A stretch of DNA of 59,330 nucleotides, filler included, from Catajapyx aquilonaris (taxonomy: Eukaryota): NCBI GenBank assembly GCA_000934665.2. It is 3 parts of 3 records of this genome, joined end to end, with 100 filler letters (N's around TTAATTAATTAA, not from the genome) between each part and the next. Parts side by side here need not be neighbours in the genome. Positions count along the whole stretch, not along the records: positions 19,820 to 39,526 come from JYFJ02006404.1; 2 more parts are not named here. One strand, written 5' to 3'. Under the pieces are notes generated by a model. It saw only the letters and a program-made list of their open reading frames with translations. It was not told the DNA's origin and searched no databases. A program made the position numbers and the translations under genes. Of this stretch, positions 24,794 through 37,586 are shown in pieces. Each line of letters begins with the position of its first letter. Position 1 is the stretch's first letter.

Positions 24794-25394
24794 CCTACTT
24801 TTAAAGCGTTAATCCAGAAGATGACAGGTCCTCCCATCCTAGTAACTGCAGCGGGTTACTTCACTGTCAACAGAAGTTTGCTGACGGCCGTAAGTTGTGA
24901 CGACAAAAAGATCTCAATAAATACTGCAATCATTAATAATAATAAAAATAAAAATAATAATCCGGGTAGTGCTTGACCTCATCTGAGGTATATAGCACGG
25001 ACCTTTATTTTTATACTCATATACATTGGAACCTTTATACGTAACGCCCGGGCCCACGGGCAGGATGACAGGAGGGGATGTGCAAGGTGCGGTGCAATGT
25101 CTTTACTTTATGTGGCCATTTTTAGTGAACTCCCCCGGGTGGTTTAGTCTGTAGGAAATACCACCCGAGACGAAGCCAGAGTTGACCCAATGAACTCTGC
25201 ACGAGATGAAGGGGGTGTCCCCGGGCTGGGATCGAACCCGGGACCTTAACATCCGTGGGCGCATGCGTTACCGCAGCGCCACTCCGCCTCCCCTGTTTAA
25301 ATACTGCAATCATTATTAACAGTGACATTATCAGGTTGCTGGTATTGTGGCCACCTATATGATAATTCTCTCACAGTTCACGATCACGGAATAA
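24794..25394 (+). pseudogene. Orphan GR C-terminal exons (GR-4-like exons 3 and 4)
   Basis: 24794-24889 reads PTFKALIQKMTGPPILVTAAGYFTVNRSLLTA|gtaagt; 25335-25394 reads cag|VAGIVATYMIILSQFTITE*. No exon 1 or 2 of their own. Confidence 0.75.
24936..25297 (-). mobile_element. tRNA-derived SINE (same family as 18013)
   Basis: 18-bp TSD TAAATACTGCAATCATTA (24918-24935, 25298-25315); minus-strand head GGGGAGGCGGAGTGGCGCTGCGG...GGTTCGATCCC. Confidence 0.85.
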
Positions 25395-26167
25395 CCATAT
25401 CAACCTGAATCAAAATGAACTCGATAATTGCCATTATAATTCCCTCATGACATGTGCGTTGCATTATTATTGTAATTGCATGCAATTATTTACCCTTACT
25501 GTTCGGCACTTTATGACGTCACCTTATTGTTGATCGAGGGTGGAGCCTGAGTTGACCCTTAGTATTATAATCATGTCCAAGTTAATCACAAACTACCTTA
25601 GGTGCACCTTTGTGTCCTCATTGCTGCGTAGTACAATATGCCATCGTAAATTATTGCTTTGACAATTGTTATTACATCACCATGGCTGACCATGGATAGG
25701 AACCTACTTACAACACAATGCGGCTGTACATTGAAGAAAAACTTACAGTACATTTGTTTCTTTGTCTTTTGTGTAGGTATATAGTATCTCTTACAGTTAG
25801 CCACCTTTGGAGGAATCGCTCCAGGAAAGGGCAGAATTGGAAGTGGTATTTCATTTTTCCTGGCCCTGAATTAGTCCGGTTTATCAGCAGCTGATCAATC
25901 ATTAGAATAAAATGACACCAAGAGGTTATTGTTATAATCATTCATATGATTATGATTTAAATGCAAATATTTTGAATACCGCATGATTAACAATTATATT
26001 GTGATTAATAAATATTATTGTTACTATTAGTGATGTTGTTGTTGTCGACGTCATTACTCTGGTAACTAATCTCTGGTAACCAGAACACATATCAATGCCA
26101 TTGGTCTTTACTCCTCTTTAATGTTACATTCATATTGAAGGCCTAATTGTTATAATTCCCTTGTTGT

Positions 26168-26456
26168 GCCGAAGCAGTGGTAGCGGAGGGGATATGGTAT
26201 CCGACTGCTAATCGGGAGGTCCTGGGTTCGAATCCCGGGGGCCGCTGACCCTGACCGTGGTTTTCGGTGGTTTCCCACGGTCCTTCCAGGAAAATTCCGG
26301 GGTCGTGTCCGTAATTATAGGCCAGAGCCGCTTCCTTCCGTCCCTATCCCATCCCCATATACGAGAAGTAAAAACGAAAGTAAGAGTTCCTGATTTTTAA
26401 AAAATGGTCGTATCCCACCCCCCTAACAGGGCCCATGGCTCTAGCACGGGGTACAA

Positions 26457-26539
<83 letters not shown>
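26168..26539 (+). mobile_element. tRNA-derived SINE with (TTA)n tail
   Basis: B box GGTTCGAATCCC; 15-bp TSD TAATTCCCTTGTTGT (26153-26167, 26540-26554); empty paralogous site at ~38308. Confidence 0.9.
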
Positions 26540-26543
<4 letters not shown>

Positions 26544-27157
26544 TCCCTTGTTGTCATTTTTCTTCTTCAACGTATGGTGGTTGCGGCAACTGGGCGTAAC
26601 ATTACAAGACTAGTAAACCGTATGGATGTGACATGCACACTCAAAGGAACAATCCCTATTTGAGCGACACATGTCTCGGACAAAGTACCGGTATCAAAAT
26701 TCATCAGAAATCAGCAACTTTAGTAAATTGTAATTATAAAATAATTAGCCTACATCAAATTAAAGTAAATAACTCTAGAAGCTTGTAATGGGAATCTAAT
26801 GCAGACATCCCGCAGTTACGTAAATGGATCGTTCCCAAAAGGTAAGACGAAAGGTCATGCTTAATATTCCGTGTATGACACGCATAATTAAGTGACGCAA
26901 GTTAGTCCATTAGTTGTAATGGAATTCGGTTCATCTGTTAAGCTACCTACAGGGATATGCCGATATGTCTCTCTGCGCACTTTCTTCTGACAGGACAAGG
27001 GCACAGCGGCCTGTCATAATGCGTGTTAGTGATTTTTCATAATGGGTGGCGCATTACAGTTGAACAAAATGCATGGTCCAAGTTAGGAGAGTTCTTGAAT
27101 GCCGTATAAGTGACAAATTCTGGGTAGGAAATACACACACAAGGAAGTGTATTCACG

Positions 27158-28662
27158 ATGAGGCTTATGGTGATTCAGGTGGAAGAGTCCAATCCAAATG
27201 ACTCCTTTGAGGAGAAAAACGCGTTTTGGACGGCGTTCAGACCCCTGTCTGTTTTGGCCACCTTTGGAGGAATCGCTCCTTGTCCTTGGCCCAGGAAAGG
27301 ACAGAGTTGGAGATGGTACCAACGGTGGCCTGCAATGGTGCACTTCATTCTGTTGGCCACGTATATAGCAGTGTTCATCTGCTTCCCTCTAGAAGAGTGG
27401 AGTGATCAGAAGCGGAATGACAACGGTGGAACAGAAGGGGCAGTGTTCCTGGGTGTGCTTGCAGTCATACGCGGAGGTCCTTGGATCTGTTTCATTCTGG
27501 TTCAAGCATCGTTGCCGCAAATATTAGATGTGATCCAGCGATTCTCTCGACTTACCTTAAACCAGCACGAAAAGACACTACGTCGATGGGCCACCTCGTT
27601 GGTTGTCTTTACCATCGTCTCGCCTGTGCTTTCCCTCTTTACGTCTATACTCAGGAATGCCAGCCATGGAGTCCTGCTTGTGCCCAGACACATGTTTGAT
27701 GTATTCATGAGGTGGCACAGCTTATTTCTGTTCTACTTAATTCCTGCTCTAATAGTATTTTTGGTAAACATTCTCCGTCTACTGCTTACTGAATTTAGCA
27801 TGGAAATCACTGAAATATGTGCTTCGCTAAGTAAGACTCCTAATGAACAGAGGAATTTTGGCGACAGAATGTCCCAAAAGTTGACCTCTGCTACTGACCT
27901 GTTTCAAGAAATTTGCCCATTGGTGGGATCCATGAGCAAGACTTTCGGAATGTGCATTGTGGTCTTGTACCTCATATTCATCGCGTGGATCACAACTTTG
28001 CTCTTTATTTTATTTATGATGACACAAGATACTTTATTCACTATTGCTTTTTTCTTCATCATGGTACTCGGCATATCTTCGTCAATTGCTTTCACTCACA
28101 TATTGGGATCTGTTCCACGTACAGTAAGTATTTTAACACTTAAAAAATTACAAATTACAATTTATTACGACAAAATTACCCGTTCTCTAAGAAAAACACT
28201 TGGGCCAGGTGTTCAGAGATTCATCGCGTTTGAAAGAACCTAATTTCATTTCAGAGTACAAGTTCCTTACCAACCCTCGTTTTCGCCAATCGTGTTGTCA
28301 CAGACCAGAGAATGAAGGCAGATGTAATATCCTCTCATTTATTTTTACAGAAATTCTGTACGTTAGCGTAACATGTTTTCTAACTAATGTCCGTATCTCC
28401 TAAGCTGGAATCACTGATGCAGATAATGATCAGCACACCAATGGAGATAACCGCTGCAGATTACTTCACAATCAACAGAGGACTACTCACAGCGGTAAAT
28501 ACATCTGCCGTTTAAAAATAATGGGAGCCAGATCAATTACTCTGACAATAATATTCATGTACTGTATGTGCACTTTTGTCCCTTATACAGGTGGCTGGAT
28601 CTATAACAACATACTTGATTGTCCTGGCTCAATTCAGAGGAGCAGAAAAGTCCAGTCAATAA
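27158..28662 (+). CDS. Gustatory receptor GR-3, 398 aa
   Basis: Exons 27158-28123, 28255-28323, 28405-28494, 28591-28662; same intron phases and TYLIVLAQF motif as GR-2. Confidence 0.93.
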
Positions 28663-29197
28663 TCCATAATGTATCGGTGAAACTTTCGAGCAATTTCATA
28701 CCTAATGCCAGGTGAATTTCAAAGAGCTGACAGTAGCATAAAAATGTTCAGAACAGATCTGCAGTTATAATAATCACCAGTTTTAAACTCTGTCTACAAG
28801 TGTTATACATGCACGGAGTGTACATGATGGTCACCTAACTCCATTATGACCAATTATGATTATGGTGGTCGCTTTGCATTTTGTACATGTCGTACATTTT
28901 GTACATGTCGTACACGCTGCAGCTTGTTGTCTTTGCAGTAATTATTTTTTTATATTCCCAACGGGTTGGTTATTTTTCAAATGATTTCTTGGGATAAAGC
29001 GCCTTAACCCAATATTGAACTTGGCGCAAGGTCAGTGAATAATCTTAAACAAAGTTGATGAGTCACATAAATCAACACTTTTTTGCTGTTTTACTATTCA
29101 TAAGGGCGTAGTCATCTCCGAAGCGACAATCAATGAACGCCTGCAGGTATTGGACAAACTTCTGCAATGAGTAGTGCAGACAAAAAGAGTGAGCAAA

Positions 29198-30658
29198 ATG
29201 GTTGACAGGAATAGTGCAGTCATGTCAGTAGGGGAGGTCAAATGTGATGACCACACTTCAGAGAATCAAGAGGCGTTTTGGATCGCGTTCAGGCCACTGT
29301 CCATCTTGGCCACCTTTGGAGGAATGGCTCCCTGTCCTTGGCCAAGGAAAGATGCAAATTGGAAGTGGTACCAACGGTGGCCCGCACTGGTCCACTTCAT
29401 TTTATTCATTGTACACATTGCAATATTGTTCTGGAACCCGCCCGAGAATTGGCGCAATATCAGTAAATTGAGTGCGACATGTAAATGGGCTCATACGATT
29501 ATGGATGCGGCATCCTTATGTGGTCCGTGGATGATCTACATTTTGATCCAACCAAGCGTGTCATTAGTGTGGAAGTTGATTCACCGATTCTCCCGGCTGA
29601 ATATCACCAAACACAAGAAGACATTGAAAAAATGGTCCATGATGTTACTGGCAATTAACCTCTTGTTTCCCTCGCTGAATTTCTTATCTAATCTGATAGA
29701 ATCCTCCCAACAATGGGAACTAAGCAATTTGGTTGAATACTTATTTCTATCGCATTGTGACTTTCTGTTTGCCCTGGTCCTCTTCCAAGTGACATATCTG
29801 GCCATTGTTGTCCGGCTTCTGCTGAAGGACATTGCTGACAAATTAATTCTGGTATCAGACTCGATATGTTCGTCCAAAGAAGAACAAATAATGCGAACGA
29901 TTGACATGCTTGCCACTTTAAAGTCCTGCTCTGAGCAGTATTACGAGCTGTGCATTTTAGTGGAAAAGATGGACTCTATTTACGGACTGTCCATTTTCGC
30001 TAATTACGTCATGTTTTTCACGTGGAGCACAAGCTACCTCTTCCTCAAAGTTTTGGTCCCTTCAGACACCACAACACTTCATCTGCTCTCGAATGTTGTG
30101 GTCGGAGTCGTCATATGTTTGACAATATTTTTCACCATCATGATTGGGTCAATATCCCAGCAGGTAAATAGACCACTTTCCTATTAATATAACTTGAAAT
30201 CTTCCATGGTTTAACTATTTTAGAGCACCCTGCCATTGACTCATCTGATTCGTGCAAATGTCTTTGCTACCAATCCGAGTATCAAGGCTCACGTAAGTTG
30301 TCAATGATATGATTGTGCTAAAATCGCATAATTATCCTCTTCATCAAGAGTACATGCCTCAGGAAGTGAGTTAATAATAGTCTTTCTCCAATTCAGATAG
30401 AAGGATTCATTCAGAAAATGACTGGTCCTCCCATCCAGATAACTGCAGCTGGTTACTTCGCTGTCAACCGTGGTCTGCTGACAGCCGTAAGTGGAGTTGA
30501 CAAAAATATCGAAATAATTATTATACCCAAAAATAAATAACGGCCTATTTCAGTTTGCTGGCTCTGTGACAACGTATCTGATAGTTCTGGGACAGTTCAA
30601 GGTCACGGAATCAGAAGTCGGTGAAAATCATGAGGAAGATCACTTTGGCGAATCTTAA
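29198..30658 (+). CDS. Gustatory receptor GR-4 (divergent paralog), 409 aa
   Basis: Exons 29198-30163, 30224-30292, 30397-30486, 30554-30658; ITAAGYFAVNRGLL and TYLIVLGQF; shares the AFWxAFRPLSILATFGGxAPCPWPRK N-terminal motif. Confidence 0.92.
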
Positions 30659-30865
30659 ACGTTGCCTAACTACATTGTGAGCAAGTATGATTTTAGGAGT
30701 GTAAAAATGTTCTGACACTGAGAAAGATAATTATTCATATATATTCATATAATTATCTAATACACCAATGCGCGCATACTATGTAAATTATGTACGAACA
30801 GTATTTTGATATAATTATCGCCTCTATAACTTACAGGTTTTGACTATTAGTAATGTCACTTACAG

Positions 30866-30935
30866 GTGGCTGTATTTGTCATGCAACGTACCTGATTGTC
30901 CGTGCCCAATTCAGAGTTGCAGAGGAGTCGATAGA
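30866..30935 (+). pseudogene. Decayed GR last exon
   Basis: cacttacag|gtggct... followed by a shifted-frame TYLIVRAQFR. Confidence 0.65.
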
Positions 30936-31414
30936 GATCTTAGGGATAGTGTTAGTCCCACGTGGTTTCACATTATTGGAAAAACCTCTTCTCATTATAT
31001 TGACCACGTGCATATGACGGAGGTGACATTCCCTTACTTATTGTTTGCATAAAATTGATTCACCGGTTTAGTGTAGTCTAGTGTCAAGTAGATTATTTTT
31101 CTGATGTCCACTTCTATATTTTCTGTATTATTGAATTTTTTTGTACTTTAGAATATTTGTAGAATATGTACTATTTTGCACCATTCCCTTCGACACGCCC
31201 ACTTCCCCATTTTTGTGGGGAGGGCATATATATACCGGTCCTTCTCACCACCCACATTACCCCTCCTGCTAACTCTACGGAGTGTAACGGTACATTGGGA
31301 GTCAGGGGGAATAACGCACATGGGTTGGCTAATAACTATAGTATATTACAATATGATACATAAATACAGTGAGAAGGAGTAGGAAGGAAGAAGCTGCTCT
31401 TTATAGCAGTATTG

Positions 31415-32100
31415 TGGATTCACATATACGCGAGTAAATACTTGCGAGCGAATTTCATGTTTCGCTTTTTCGCGTCTTTTACGTCACGAAGAGTGCGAAT
31501 TTTTGAAAAAATTTCCAGGCATTCACGTATCCGCTATGCGATAAAACTTACTCGTTAGTTATGGAGCATGCGCTGTGCAGCAGGGCAGGTAGGAGGGAGG
31601 ACGGGGTCAGGGTCGGTGTGGGCAGGGGGAGGTCTTGGGCAGAGAAAGATGGCGGAGCTCTGTGCTGCGGCGGCAGCCGGCATGGCAGTGAAAATGCTGC
31701 TGAACCGACCACGGAAGGGGGTCCAGGTCACAGTGCACCCAGTGGGGCAAGAGCTGGACGTGGTGCGAAGGCTGGCCGGGTCTGGAGTTTGCGACAAAAA
31801 AATAGGTAACTTCCGAGCTCGGGCATCCGCATTCCTAACATGGCTGAGGAAGGCCGACAAATCCGCGTGGCGGCGCTGGGTGGCTCGAACCAGCTCCAAA
31901 ATTCGCTCGCGTCAAAAATTCGCTTCTATCTGTCTCTGGCAGGCGAGCGCGATTTTGTGTTTAGACGCGCGAGTAACCAAAATTCGCTCGCGTCTTGAGG
32001 GAATTCGCCGATACGTGAATTGCTTTTGTCGACGCGAATTCGCGGAAGGCTGTTTTTCGCTCGCTTTTGACGCTTTTTCGCGTATATGTGAATCCAGCTG
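31415..32100. mobile_element. MITE, possibly Tc1/mariner-pogo type
   Basis: TGGATTCACATATACGCGA at 31415 with its reverse complement ending at 32096; right end ...CCAGCTG|TA; left outer end degenerate; CG-rich interior. Confidence 0.55.
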
Positions 32101-32904
32101 TACACTGGCCACTTGTTCTATAATAATTTTATAATTATTAAGAAATACCTGCAAACGTAAGAATTTGCATTTGATTTAATTTTCTAAACATCTGCATTTT
32201 CATGGTTCACTGGCATATTTTCAATTCAGCGAAATTGACGATACATTTTTGGAAAACATGCATATTGTTTTCATGTTTTCATATTAACATTACTACTAAT
32301 TGAAACAAATGTACACCCGGCATACGTAAGTACAAATTCTAGTTTCATAGATCAGAGGTTCAAAATGAATCGGTTATATCATTTATCGGGAATGTCCAAC
32401 ACAATGTGTAGCAATAATTTTTCTTTGTTCCTTTCACTTATGTGGGACAATCATGTTACACTAAAGATTTTTCAATAATGAATGACAATGGCTTAGGAAG
32501 TGAATAAGAGCCTTTGTGATACTACGCTAGTTAGATATAGAATGCCATTATCATTAGGATGAAAAAAATGATTTACCACCTTTCGCACTAATATCAATAC
32601 ACACTTGCCATATTTCTCGTCTCTATTGTACATGCCACAACAATAATCAGGCTCATAACAAATGAGGGCTCAATTAATTGACATTATTCCCCCCTACCCG
32701 ACCTCCTTGGCGCCGATTGCCTTGAGAATAAGCATTCTGTGAGCACTTCATGTTGAGGTGCAACGCTAGGTTTATACGATCGTGAAATTTCGAAAGTTTC
32801 ATAACCTTTTACTAAACGCTGTTTAGAAAGCAATATTTAATTTACTGCCATTGCTTTTGCAGGTGATAGACCAAACGGTACCTTCAAAAATTATTAATTC
32901 GATA

Positions 32905-34426
32905 ATGCCATTCCGAATATCTACTGTGACGCAGGTGGAAGAGGCCAAGAAGTCAGAAGATACTGCGAAGGAAGACGCGTTTTGGAGCGCGTTCAGACCA
33001 CTGTCCATCTTGGCCACCTTTGGAGGAATCGCTCCTTGTCCTTGGCCCAGGAAAGGACAGAGTTGGAGATGGTACCAACGGTGGCCTGCAATGGTGCACT
33101 TCATTCTGTTGGCCACGTATATAGCAGTGTTCATCTGCTTCCCACTAGAAGAGTGGAGTGATCAGATGCGGAATGACAACGGTGGAACAGAAGGGGCAGT
33201 GTTCCTGGGTGTGCTTGCAGTCATACACGCAGGTCCTTGGATCTGTTACATCCTGATTCAAGCATCGTTGCCGCAAATATTAGATGCGATCCAGCGATTC
33301 TCTCGACTGACCTTAAACCAGCACGAAAAGACACTACGTCGATGGGCCACCTCGTTGGTTGTCTTTACCATCGTCTGTCCTGTACTTTCCCTCTTTACGT
33401 CTATACTCAGGTATGCCAGCCATGGAGTCCTGCCTGTGCCCAGATACATGTTTGTTGTATTCATGAAGTGGCACAGCTTATTTCTGTTCTACTTAATTCC
33501 TGCTCTAATAGTATTTTTGGCAAATTTTCTCCGTCTACTGCTTACTGAATTTAGCATTGAAATTACTGAAATATGTGCTTCGCTACGTAAGACTCCTAAT
33601 GGACAGATGAATTATGGCGACAGAATGCGTCAGAAGTTGACCTCTGCCACTGACCTGTTTCAAGAAATTTGCCCATTGGTGGGATCCATGAGCAAGACTT
33701 TCGGAATGTGCATTGTGGTCTTGTACCTCATATTCATCGTGTGGATCACAACTTTGCTCTATATTTTATTTCTGATGACACACGATACTTCATTCACTAT
33801 TGCTTTTTCCTTCATCATGGTATTCGGCATATCTTCGGCAATTTCATTCACTCACATTTTGGGATCTGTTCCACGTACAGTAAGTATTTTATCACTTAAA
33901 AAATTAAAATATTCCTATATAATCCGACAAAATTACCTGTTCCCTAAGAAAAACACTTGGGACAGTTGTTATTCAGAGCTTCAGTCAGTTTGAAAGAACT
34001 GAACGACAATTTGCATTTCAGAGTACAAGTTCATTACCAAACCTCATTTTCGCCAATCGTGTTGTCACAGACCAGAGCATGAAGGCAGATGTAAATATCC
34101 TCTCATTTATTTTTGCAAATACTGTATGTTAGCATAACATGTTGTCGAACTAATGACCTTATCTCCTAAGCTGGAATCACTGATGCAGATAATGATCAGC
34201 ACACCAATGGAGATAACCGCTGCAGATTACTTCACAATCAACAGAGGACTACTCACAGCGGTAAATACATCTATCGTTTAAAAATAATGGGAGCGAGATC
34301 AATTACACTGACCTTAATATTCATGTACTGCATGTGCACTTTTGTCCCTTACAGGTGGCTGGATCTATAACAACATACCTGATTGTCCTGGCCCAATTCA
34401 GAGGAGCAGAAAAGTCCAGTAAATAA
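32905..34426 (+). CDS. Gustatory receptor GR-5, 401 aa
   Basis: Exons 32905-33879, 34022-34090, 34171-34260, 34355-34426; very close paralog of GR-2 and GR-3. Confidence 0.93.
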
Positions 34427-34862
34427 TCCATAAACCATAACGTATCAGTGATCGGCCCTACTTTTAAAGGGTTAATTCAGAAGATGACAGGTCCTCCCAG
34501 GCTTGGGTGCAGTTTAGAGCCGCAAAAATCTTGCATGTTTCTATACATTTTCTGAATCTACTCGATGAGCTGAGTCGAATGACACTATTCCTAGTGTGCG
34601 GAAATGTTTGGTCAAGAGTAATTGAATTTTGAAATTGCATGTAATAACAATGAATAAAATGAAAGTAAACAAGTGTTCCATTGTTGAAACTGCTTCTTCA
34701 TTTTCGTACGTGAGGGATTCTCCACAGAAACGCGCGGGTTGCCAAGACAACATGTTGGAAGGGAGTCAGAAAAATCACAATAAACAGTTGTTCTTGGTTC
34801 GTTGGAGAGAAGGGAAGTCTTTTAGTAGCAGGCGTTCCATTTAAAATCAGAAAGGAGAATTC

Positions 34863-35940
34863 ATGGCCGAGTCATTTGTTAGTGTTCCTATCTGGAATCG
34901 GGCAAGTCTTCCTAGAAGCAAGGAGGAAGGTGTCTCTTGGGCCACTGCTCAAGGCCTCTTGCCCGCGAACAAATGTTGCCGAAATAGGCATCCCATGATT
35001 GTCGATTACACGAGAAATGGAATAGGTGCTTTCCGATGCCATAAGTCCACCTGCTGGACACAAATCTACATAGCGACGAACACATGGTTCGAATCGGTCC
35101 ACCTTGAGCCCCAGGTCGCCATCAGGTAATATTTGTTCTGACTTCCAGTCAAAATGATTTCTAATTTATTTTTCTTGCTGTTATCATTAATTAGCGTGTG
35201 CTATGGATTTGCTCACGGGGAAAGCTATGACCGTGTGATTCATGAGACCAGGTTTATTGACGTCAATGGTGTACCGGAGGCGCATAAACGCAGCAAACAC
35301 ACAGTATGCGATTTTTACAACTTTTGCCGTGAGCTAATAGTACAGGACTTTCTGGAGCAACAAGACATTCGGGGACAGATAGGAGGAGACAACGTGATTG
35401 TGCAAATTGACGAAGCAAAGTTTGGCAAAAGAAAGCACAATACCGGAAGAAGAGTCGAAGGCGATTGGGTATTGGGGGTGATCGCGGAAGGGAGCGAAGA
35501 CATAAGATTCGTCATTTGCCCTGAAAATTCCAGGGCTTCCAATAGTCTACAGCCCATAATACAAGAGCATGTTGCCGAAGGGTCAATTATTCACACTGAC
35601 TTCTGGCGTGGATACCTAGGGCTAGGCGGGATAGGCTACCTTCATCAGGTCAGTTTATACGAAGTCATCGAAAAATAAATACTGAACTACCATTTCTGTT
35701 TCATTCAGCGGGTTAATCATAGCAAGCGTTTTGTGATGGATGATGGCACTCACACACAAAGAATAGAGGCCAGCATGCTGGCGTCCTGCAAAGGATTACT
35801 TCCGACACAGGAGGATTTCAGAGGAACACTTTGCAGACCACCTCGTGGAGTACCAGTGGCGCCGGCAATGCAGGAAGGAACATTTAGATCCCTTCAGTGC
35901 GCTTCTTGCTGCTATCCGCCGGGCCTACCCAGTTTCTTAG
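34863..35940 (+). pseudogene. Merlin/ISXO2-like DDE transposase, two introns, one frameshift
   Basis: Exons 34863-35125, 35195-35648, 35709-35940. Motifs VQIDEAKFGKRKHNTGR, IIHTDFWRGY, VNHS..F, HTQRIE, EYQWRR. A frameshift at ~35775 (extra atgc) precedes WRPAK. Confidence 0.88.
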
Positions 35941-36617
35941 GTAAGGTTCGGTTGCATTAGCCTGGCCCTTTTGTACTGAAGCCTCCTCGCCTTAGGCGGC
36001 GATGTCCCAACGCTTATTGTGTTGGTGTTATCTGTGAGGCGTTGGAGTGACCGCACCAGTGCTGTCCTTTTTGTGGCCCCGCCAGGCACGGTACGTCGCC
36101 TGTGCGTGATATTTTTAGTTTTTGCGGAGCGATAGCGGAGCTGGGCGCTTATTGTGGGTTTCTGTATCCGCAACATTTACTGTCCGTCTTGTGGCGCCGC
36201 AGGCCAACGAACGTTATTGTGGCGCCGCAGGCCAACAAACGTTATTGTGGCTTTGCCACACCCACACCACGCAACACCCACATCTACGCCGCCACAGGGT
36301 GGACAGTATAGGCTAATGTTTCAAATACAAACCCCACAATATGGGCCCAGCTCGCAACCGCTCGCAATTAACTTCAATCACCAATCAATGCCTGGCTGGG
36401 CCATCACAAAGTACTGGTTCGGTCAGTCCAACTAGGAAACAGGCGTCTCCTCCAAGGCCTTGGCTACAGCTTCGTCAACTGAATATTTCAGGGATCGCCG
36501 CAGAGTCCACCAGAGTGGGTCACTACAGCAAGCTAGAGAGGTTCATCACCATCATCTCCAGGAAAGTCAGAAGCACAAAACGGCCCTTTTAAGGGCCACC
36601 CTCCCCCCCGATGTATC

Positions 36618-36752
36618 TCCACCTTGCCGTGGTGGGGGGGCTTGTGTTTCTCCTATGATCCTAAGAGCTCTTCCGGAAGTGGATCCGTCTACCGGTCTGA
36701 TCTCCTAAGCCGGACAGGTCTGTGGGTTATAGGAGACAGACTAAGAGGGATA
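36618..36752 (+). repeat. Segment resembling the conserved 5' region of RTE-clade LINEs
   Basis: CCACCTTGCCGTGGTGGGGGGGCTTGTG...ATGATCCTAAGAGCT...GGACAGGTC...CAGACTAAG recalls RTE 5' UTR consensus sequences; recognised from memory, not searched. Confidence 0.45.
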
Positions 36753-37586
36753 CACGCCTTTCCTCTATTATTTTTCTCTCTCTCCATTTGTCCCACCTTT
36801 GTACCTTCTGATAGCCATATGACCGTAGTTCCTTCCAAATCCCTCACTCACTCACTCGAACAATTGATCAATCAATCTGGGCCACCAATTTGATCCGTAT
36901 GATATGGTATATGCTTTGTTTTTGTGACAATGTTTTTTATTTTAGCCAGAGTATGATTCAAATAATCCCGTACAAAATGAAGAAAAAAAACTATTCTCAA
37001 ATTACCATGGAGATGCCCCCACGAAATGAGTAAACATTTTCAAAAAAAAAAAATGTTTATTTTCATTTGTTCATTGTTATTACATGTAATTTCAAAATTC
37101 AATTACTCTTGAACCGAACATTTCCGCACACTAGGAATAGTGTCATTCGACTCAGCTCATCGAGTAGATTCAGAAAATGTATAGAAACATGCAAGATTTT
37201 TGCGGCTCTAAACTGCACCCTTACCTAATATAGTTCAATAGTTTTGTTGATCGAGGGTGGAGCCTGAGTGACCCTTAGCATTATAATCATGTCCAAGTGA
37301 ATGACAAACTACCTTAGGTGCACCTTTGTGTCCTCATTGCTGATCAGTACAATATGCCATCGTAAATAAATTATTGCTTTGACAATTGTTATACATCACC
37401 ATGGAGAGTAACCCACTTACAACACAATGTGGCTCTATACATTGAAGAAAAACTTACCGTACATTTGTGTCTAGTCTTTTGTGTAAGTAATTATAGTATC
37501 TCTTAGTGATAGTAGAGTGAAGCAGAAGGAACCTGCAAATTTAGCTAGTGTAGATACGACCTCAGGGTTTTACATGCCTCAGCTTG

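Larger units (their letters stand above)
34500..37225 (+). mobile_element. Merlin (IS1016/ISXO2-like) DNA transposon with ~170-bp TIRs
   Basis: Left end GGCTTGGGTGCAGTTTAGAGCCGC; right-end revcomp GGTAAGGGTGCAGTTTAGAGCCGC; arms match for ~170 bp; contains the transposase gene; no matching TSD. Confidence 0.88.

Noticed and set aside
26404..26613. Poly-leucine ORF
   Set aside because: Translation of the (TTA)n SINE tail.
31568..32134. 188-aa ORF
   Set aside because: Lies inside a GC-rich MITE and has no transposase or other domain motif.
35154..35678. Bacterial IS1595 contamination or recent horizontal transfer
   Set aside because: Spliceosomal introns and local non-autonomous derivatives indicate a resident eukaryotic Merlin family.
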